64,000 nucleotides of DNA from Desulfobacteraceae bacterium (GTDB lineage: Bacteria; Desulfobacterota; Desulfobacteria; Desulfobacterales; JAABSP01): the NCBI GenBank assembly GCA_011390135.1, contig JAABSZ010000002.1:3039-67038 (forward strand). The letters run 5' to 3'. Made by a program: the position numbers and the translations under genes. Shown here one piece after another: positions 58,433 to 64,000 of the stretch. Within the stretch, counting starts at the first letter, position 1, and the number at the start of each line of letters is the position of its first letter. The notes beneath the pieces are model-generated. The model was not told where the DNA came from, did not search any database, and saw only the letters and a program-made list of their open reading frames with translations.

Positions 58433-59059
58433 TCAGCGGTGGGCCAATTTTCTGGCCATCTTGAAAGCTGCCTCCATATCGGGCAGATGAGCCATCTCCG
58501 GAACCACTTGAATGTAGCGGACCACGCCCTCCTTGTCCGCTATCACGACCGCGCGGGCCAGAAGCATCAGATCCTCCACAAGAAGACCCATGGCCTTGCC
58601 GAAATCACCAGCCTTGTAGTCGGACAGGTACTGGATATCCCCAAGACCGGCCTCCCGGGCAAATCGCTGCTGTGCATAGGGTGTATCCCGGCTGATGGTG
58701 ATCCGCTTCACCGATACCGGCAGCTCATCCCCCTCCTCTCCGAGATAATGGGTCTGGGCGTCACAGACACCGGTGTCGATGGAGGGAACGATGCTCAGGA
58801 AAAGGACCATCCCCTTTTCCTTGGAGAGAACCACCGGAGTGGTTCTGGATGCATCGGTGAGGGGAACCGAAGGAAGGCGATCCCCCACCTGGATACCCTT
58901 TCCGATGAGGTCATGAGGTTTGCCATTGAAATCGACCCATGATCCCGGCTCCCGGGAGTTCTCATCCACCTCTATCTCGGGCCCTCCCATTGTAGCGCAC
59001 CCGGCCATCCAACCCATCGCCACCAGAAGGCAAATGCCGATCAACCCTCCCTGCCGCAT
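58433..59059 (-). CDS. tpx: Thiol peroxidase (Tpx-type peroxiredoxin) with a lipoprotein-like N-terminus
   Basis: 208 aa. LVAMGWMAGC lipobox-like. LSIVPSIDTGVCDAQT peroxidatic Cys context. Confidence 0.85.
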   Translation of the reverse strand: MRQGGLIGICLLVAMGWMAGCATMGGPEIEVDENSREPGSWVDFNGKPHDLIGKGIQVGDRLPSVPLTDASRTTPVVLSKEKGMVLFLSIVPSIDTGVCDAQTHYLGEEGDELPVSVKRITISRDTPYAQQRFAREAGLGDIQYLSDYKAGDFGKAMGLLVEDLMLLARAVVIADKEGVVRYIQVVPEMAHLPDMEAAFKMARKLAHR

Positions 59060-59146
59060 CCTCTTCTCCCTCTTCTCTTGTGGATACTTTTTACGGACCT
59101 ATGCGATCCTTTCACCCCTCCCCTTATCATAGATCTGTCCGTTTTC

Positions 59147-60640
59147 CTATTTTTCTTTCTTCTCCTTTTTCCCCTTCCCCTTCTCTTTATCTTTATCTTT
59201 TCGGGGTTGTTTCTCTTTTCGGGGGAGAATGTGGGTGGAGCTTCCCAGAAATGCCCCCGCGGCCTCCTCCTCCCCTTCGGAGAGGGTGGGATGGGGATGG
59301 ATGGTGAGGGCAAGATCCTCTGCCAGCGCGCCCATCTCGACCGCCAGCACCCCTTCTGCGATCATCTCCCCGGCCTCCCGGCCAACGATCCCGACCCCCA
59401 GAATCCGCTCGGTCTCCGGGTCGATGATCATCTTGGTCAGCCCCTTTGAGATCTGCATGGATGCAGCCCTGCCCGATGCGGACCAGGGAAAACGGCCAAC
59501 CTTGACCTCCCGGCCCTGGGCCTTTGCCTCGGTCTCGGTGAGGCCGCACCAGGCGATCTGCGGATCGGTATAGACCACAGCCGGAATCGCGACCGCGTCA
59601 AACGCGGCAGGTTGCCCTGCGATCACTTCGGCCGCCACTTTTCCCTCATACATGGCCTTGTGCGCGAGCATCATCCCGCCGACCACATCGCCCACGGCAA
59701 AAATCCGCTTCTCGTCGGTCCGCTGCTGCTTATCCACAAGAATATAGCCCCGGTCATCGGTCCTGACGCCGGTCTTGTCGAGGCTGATCTCCTCGGAATT
59801 GGGTTTTCGGCCAATTGCGACCAGCACCCGGTCGAATCGATCTTCAGAGTCTTCGGGCCCCCCTTCAAAGGTGACATCGACCCCATCCTCGTCCGCCTCC
59901 ATTTTCGTTACTTTGGCTTCGGTATAGATCCCGGCAAAACTCTCCTCCAGACGCTCCAGCAGCGGCTTGACCAGATCCCGGTCCGCGCCCGCCATGAGCT
60001 GATCCGCCATCTCCACCAGCGTCACCTCACTGCCCAGCGTGGCATAGACCGAGCCCAGCTCCACCCCCACATAGCCGCCGCCCACCACCAGCAGCTTCTT
60101 TGGAATGTCCGGCAGGGAGAGCGCGCCCGCGGAACTCATGATCCGTCCCCCCTTTTTGAATTCCGTATCCGGAAGAGAGATCGCGCTCGAGCCGGTCGCG
60201 ATGATCGCATGTTTGAACTTGAAATGGTTGAGATCGCTGTCGGAATCGGTGATCCGCACCCGATCCTTTCCCTCGAAGATGGCCCGCCCCCGGATCAACT
60301 GCACCCCCCGTTTCTTGCAGAGACCGGCCAGCCCTCCCGCAAGCTTATCGATGACGCTGTCCTTCCACTCCCGAAGCTTGTCCAGGTCGATCTCCGGCTC
60401 TTTATAGGAAAGCCCCATCTCCCCGGCCCTGCGGGTGTCATGGAGCAGTTCCGAAATATAGAGCAATGATTTCGACGGAATGCACCCCCGGAAGAGGCAG
60501 ACCCCGCCGGGCCGCTCTTCGAGATCGATCATGGTCACATCGAGCCCCAGATCGGCCGCGCGAAAGGCCGCGGCATATCCGCCGGGCCCCCCGCCCAGAA
60601 TCAGCACTTCGGTCTCCTGTGTAAATTCGCCCATCACCAT
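59147..60640 (-). CDS. lpdA: Dihydrolipoyl dehydrogenase (E3) with a Lys-rich C-terminal tail
   Basis: 497 aa. ILGGGPGGYAAA, GGVCLFRGCIPSK redox-active disulfide, HPHPTLSE. Tail RKEKQPRKDKDKEKGKGKKEKKEK. Confidence 0.9.
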   Translation of the reverse strand: MVMGEFTQETEVLILGGGPGGYAAAFRAADLGLDVTMIDLEERPGGVCLFRGCIPSKSLLYISELLHDTRRAGEMGLSYKEPEIDLDKLREWKDSVIDKLAGGLAGLCKKRGVQLIRGRAIFEGKDRVRITDSDSDLNHFKFKHAIIATGSSAISLPDTEFKKGGRIMSSAGALSLPDIPKKLLVVGGGYVGVELGSVYATLGSEVTLVEMADQLMAGADRDLVKPLLERLEESFAGIYTEAKVTKMEADEDGVDVTFEGGPEDSEDRFDRVLVAIGRKPNSEEISLDKTGVRTDDRGYILVDKQQRTDEKRIFAVGDVVGGMMLAHKAMYEGKVAAEVIAGQPAAFDAVAIPAVVYTDPQIAWCGLTETEAKAQGREVKVGRFPWSASGRAASMQISKGLTKMIIDPETERILGVGIVGREAGEMIAEGVLAVEMGALAEDLALTIHPHPTLSEGEEEAAGAFLGSSTHILPRKEKQPRKDKDKEKGKGKKEKKEK

Positions 60641-60659
60641 AAAGAAAACCCTCCTTTAC

Positions 60660-62108
60660 CTACATCACCATCATCATCTCTTCGGGATGGCTCATGGCCC
60701 GGATGACGATGTTGAGAAACCGGGCCGCATCCGCGCCGTCTGCGATCCTGTGGTCGAAGCCGACCAGAATGGGCAGCATCAATCTTTGGGCCATCCTTCC
60801 CTTGTCCGTGATGATGGGCCGCATCCGGGCTTTGGCCATCCCCATGATCGCGGTCTGGGGATAGTTGATGATCGGCGTGAATGCGCTCCCTCCCAAAGAG
60901 CCGATATTGGTGATGGTGAAGGTTCCGCCGGACATCTCCTCCCGGTCCAGCTTCCCGTCCCGGGTCCGCTGCGCCAGTTCCGGCAGCTCTTTCGCCAGAT
61001 CGAGAAGGCTCTTCTTGTCCACATCCCGGACCACCGGAACCAGCAGCCCCCGCTCCGTATCCACGGCCACTCCGATGTGGTAGTGGCGCTTGTAGATGAT
61101 CTCCCCGGCCTCCATATCGAGGCTCGCATTGAAATTGGGATACTTCTTCAGCCCGGCCACCGCAGCCTTCAGCGCGAAGATGGTCATGGTAAGCGCGCCG
61201 CCATCCGCTTCCACGCTCTCTTTTCGATGCTGCCGGAAATCCTCCAGGTCGGTGATATCGGCCTCGTCCTGATGGGTCACATGGGGAATCTGGGACCAGG
61301 CCAGGGCCATCTGCTTGGCCGTTGCCCTGCGCACCGAGCGGAGGGCCACCCGCTCCACGGGCCCCCATTTGCTGAAGTCGGGCAGCCCGGGCGCTTCGAT
61401 CTTGGTCTCCTCCCGGGATTTCTTCTCTTCCGGCGCTTCTCTTTCCGGCTTTTCCCCTTCGGCTTTCCCGGCCTTCCCGACCTTTTTGGGTTTTTCCGGC
61501 TTCTTCTCCGGCGCTTCGGAAGTTTCTCCCTCCCCAGCGAATTTCTTCACATCTTCGGCCATGACCCGGCCTCCGGGCCCAGTGGGCGGCACCGAATTGA
61601 TATCCACCCCCAGCTCCCGGGCCAGGCGCCGGGTTGAAGGCGCAGCCGGCACCGGCCCCTTCCGCGCCTTTCCGGAAGGCTCTTCCTTCTCTTCTTCGGC
61701 TTCCAGCTCCGGTTCTTTCTTCGGCTTCTCTTTTTCGGCCTTTTTTTTGTCCTTTTGGTCCTTTTCTGCTTTCGGGGGTTTGTCCTTTACGTCTTTTTTG
61801 TCCTTTTGGTCTTTTTTACCCTTATCGGGTTGCACGGCCCTTTCCCCCTCTTCTTCTTCGGGCTCCGCGCCTTCCTCTTCAAAGACCATCAAAATATCCC
61901 CCACCTTCGCGGTATCCCCGGCCTTCACCCGGATCTCCTTCACCGTGCCGTCCACCGGCGACGGAATTTCAGTGGTCGCCTTATCGGTCTCGATCACCAG
62001 AACCGACTGATCCTCTTCGACACTCTCCCCCTCCTCGACCAGAACTTCGATGATCTCGGCTTCGTGAATCCCCTCACCCGGGTCCGGCAGCTTGAATTCG
62101 TAGGCCAT
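60660..62108 (-). CDS. 2-oxoacid dehydrogenase E2 dihydrolipoamide acyltransferase
   Basis: 482 aa. Lipoyl domain (VIETDKATTEIPSP), PSBD (PSTRRLARELGVDINSV), catalytic domain (DHRIADGA). Confidence 0.9.
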   Translation of the reverse strand: MAYEFKLPDPGEGIHEAEIIEVLVEEGESVEEDQSVLVIETDKATTEIPSPVDGTVKEIRVKAGDTAKVGDILMVFEEEGAEPEEEEGERAVQPDKGKKDQKDKKDVKDKPPKAEKDQKDKKKAEKEKPKKEPELEAEEEKEEPSGKARKGPVPAAPSTRRLARELGVDINSVPPTGPGGRVMAEDVKKFAGEGETSEAPEKKPEKPKKVGKAGKAEGEKPEREAPEEKKSREETKIEAPGLPDFSKWGPVERVALRSVRRATAKQMALAWSQIPHVTHQDEADITDLEDFRQHRKESVEADGGALTMTIFALKAAVAGLKKYPNFNASLDMEAGEIIYKRHYHIGVAVDTERGLLVPVVRDVDKKSLLDLAKELPELAQRTRDGKLDREEMSGGTFTITNIGSLGGSAFTPIINYPQTAIMGMAKARMRPIITDKGRMAQRLMLPILVGFDHRIADGADAARFLNIVIRAMSHPEEMMMVM

Positions 62109-62163
62109 AATCTCTCCTTCGTGATTCAGTATGATTTACGGTCCCCTCGAAAAAACTCTCCTG

Positions 62164-63144
62164 CTAAAAATCGAGGGTCTCCCGGGCCGCCCGCACGATC
62201 CGCTCCGCGCTCGGCAAATAATCGAACTCCCGCTGAAAGAGCGGAATCACAACATCATATCCCGTAACCCGCCGGATCGGCGCCTCCAGATACAAAAAAG
62301 ACTTCTCCACCAGCCGAGCTATAATCTCGGCCCCAGGCCCAAAGCTCCGGGGAGCCTCATGCACCAGCACCACCCGGCCCGTCTTCTTTGCCGATTCGGT
62401 GAACTTGCTGTCGTCAATCGGAGAGATGGTCATCAGGTCGATCACCTCGCACTGCACCCCATCCTCCTCTTCCAGGATCTCCGCCGCCTCCAATGTCGGC
62501 CGCATCATCGCGCCGTAGGAGATCAGCGTCAGATCCTCCCCCTCCCTCACGATCTCGGACTGGCCGATGGGGATCGTCTCCTCTCCTTCGGGAACCTCCT
62601 CCCGGAAGGCCCGGTAGCTCGACTTGGGCTCGTAGAAGACCACCGGGTCAGGATCACGAATCGCGCTCACCAGCAGTGCCCGTGCATTTCTAGGCGTCGA
62701 GGGAATAACCATCTTCAACCCCGGCGTATGAGCCCAATAAGCCTCCCGGCTCTCGGAATGGTGCTCCAGTGCCTTCACACCTCCGCCGTAGGGCATCCGG
62801 ATCACCATCGGTACATGAAACCGGCCCCCGGATCGCGCGCGCATTCTCGCAGCGTGCGCCTCCAACTGGTGCATGGCCATATACCCGAACCCGGAGAACT
62901 GCATCTCGCAGACCGGCTTCAGCCCGTAGATCGCCATACCGATGGAAAAACCGGTGATCCCGGATTCCGCAAGGGGGGTATCCATCACCCGCTCTTCCCC
63001 GAATTTGTCGATAAGGCCGTCGGTCACCCGGAAGACGCCGCCGTCAACGCCCACATCCTCGCCGAGCACCACCACATCCTCATCCTTTTCCATCTCCTGG
63101 TGCAGCGCCAGGTTGATCGCCTGAACCATCGTCAGCTTTGCCAT
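62164..63144 (-). CDS. 2-oxoacid dehydrogenase E1 beta subunit
   Basis: 326 aa. MVQAINLALHQEMEKDEDVVVLGEDVG...FRVTDGL..KFGEERVMDTPLAE. Confidence 0.9.
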   Translation of the reverse strand: MAKLTMVQAINLALHQEMEKDEDVVVLGEDVGVDGGVFRVTDGLIDKFGEERVMDTPLAESGITGFSIGMAIYGLKPVCEMQFSGFGYMAMHQLEAHAARMRARSGGRFHVPMVIRMPYGGGVKALEHHSESREAYWAHTPGLKMVIPSTPRNARALLVSAIRDPDPVVFYEPKSSYRAFREEVPEGEETIPIGQSEIVREGEDLTLISYGAMMRPTLEAAEILEEEDGVQCEVIDLMTISPIDDSKFTESAKKTGRVVLVHEAPRSFGPGAEIIARLVEKSFLYLEAPIRRVTGYDVVIPLFQREFDYLPSAERIVRAARETLDF

Positions 63145-63159
63145 ATCGCCCCCTCGTCC

Positions 63160-64000
63160 TTATTCCTCGGATTCCTCGTCCGCTTCCGGCTCTTCCGGCT
63201 CTTCCGGTTTCTCGGTCTTCTCCGGAAGCTCGCTCTCAAACTCCTCCTTCTGCTCCACAAGGTAGGCCGGCAGCTCCGCAAAAGTCCCCTCGAACATATC
63301 CACCCGGCCCTCCAGCTCCTTTTTCTTCTTCTCCCAACCCTTGACGATCTTCTTGATCTCCTCCTTGATCTCCGATTCGATCTCCTCGATCTCCTCGTCC
63401 GAAAGCAGATCCTTTTTCTTCAAATACTTCTGGAACCGGCTGATGGGATCTCTCTTCTCCCATTTTTCCACCTCCTCATCGGAGCGATACCGCTTAGGAT
63501 CGTCTGCCGTGGTATGCACCGACATCCGGTAGGTGACGCACTCGATAAAGGTGGGCCCCTCCCCGTTCCGCGCCCGCTCGACAGCCTCCTTTGCTGCTGC
63601 ATAGACCGCAAGCACATCGTTGCCGTCCACCTGAATCCCCGGAATCCCGTAGGCGATGGCCTTCTGCGCCAGAGTTTTCGATCGGGTCTGGTGCGCCCGA
63701 TTTATGGAGATGGCCCACTGATTGTTCTGGCAGACGAAGATCGTCGGCGTGTTGAAGACTCCGGCAAAGTTGAGCGCCTCATGAAAATCTCCTTCGGAGG
63801 TCGCGCCGTCTCCGAAGAAGGTCATCACCACCTGCTTTTTCCCCTTGAATTTGATCCCGTAGCCGATCCCGGCCGCGTGGAGGGTCTGTGTCCCTACAGG
63901 AATGGCGGCCGGCAAATTGTTGATCCCTTTGGGAATCACTCCCCCCTCGCTGAAGCCGGCATAGGCAAGAAGAATGTTCTCCGGCCTCTTTCCCCGCCAA
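63160..64000 (-). CDS. 2-oxoacid dehydrogenase E1 alpha subunit (TPP-binding); the N-terminus lies beyond the right edge
   Basis: FFGDGATSEGDFHEALNFAGV, CQNNQWAIS. The reading frame stays open upstream of the listed Met to the window edge. Acidic tail EKPEEPEEPEADEESEE. Confidence 0.85.
   Translation of the reverse strand, partial: WRGKRPENILLAYAGFSEGGVIPKGINNLPAAIPVGTQTLHAAGIGYGIKFKGKKQVVMTFFGDGATSEGDFHEALNFAGVFNTPTIFVCQNNQWAISINRAHQTRSKTLAQKAIAYGIPGIQVDGNDVLAVYAAAKEAVERARNGEGPTFIECVTYRMSVHTTADDPKRYRSDEEVEKWEKRDPISRFQKYLKKKDLLSDEEIEEIESEIKEEIKKIVKGWEKKKKELEGRVDMFEGTFAELPAYLVEQKEEFESELPEKTEKPEEPEEPEADEESEE

Overview
This 64 kb window looks like chromosomal DNA from a sulfate-reducing Desulfobacterota-type (deltaproteobacterial) genome. 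It is gene-dense, codon third positions are GC-rich, and I found no tRNA, rRNA, CRISPR array or mobile element by eye.

Gene content, left to right:
- An MCP.
- A minus-strand TonB-dependent receptor, small-peptide and radical SAM/SPASM locus.
- A periplasmic binding protein with two histidine kinases.
- One long minus-strand gene string: rSAM (TIGR03960-like), rng, rpmH, rnpA, yidD, yidC, jag, mnmE, ykgJ, two hypotheticals and a tripartite RND efflux pump.
- A large chemosensory supercluster made of two convergent operons. It holds cheA/R/B/W, four CheY-type receivers, a CheX-like gene, three cheD paralogs, three MCPs, an HDOD protein, REC-HD-GYP and a cNMP-binding protein.
- Tetraheme cytochrome c3.
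- dsrA-dsrB-dsrD-dsrN.
- An oxygen/peroxide-defence neighbourhood with a rubredoxin-like MBL protein, cydAB and tpx.
- A 2-oxoacid dehydrogenase operon (E1 alpha/beta, E2, E3).

The best candidate for something undescribed is the compact TonB receptor -> unannotated 47-aa Cys-Cys peptide -> rSAM/SPASM operon, a possible RiPP with a dedicated importer. Next is the unusual chemosensory cluster: two of the three CheD copies lack the catalytic Cys, there is a soluble MCP-like protein with a CheZ-like D-x3-Q motif, and an HD-GYP protein is a possible output.

All homology calls rest on motifs I recognise in the translations. No database search was run.
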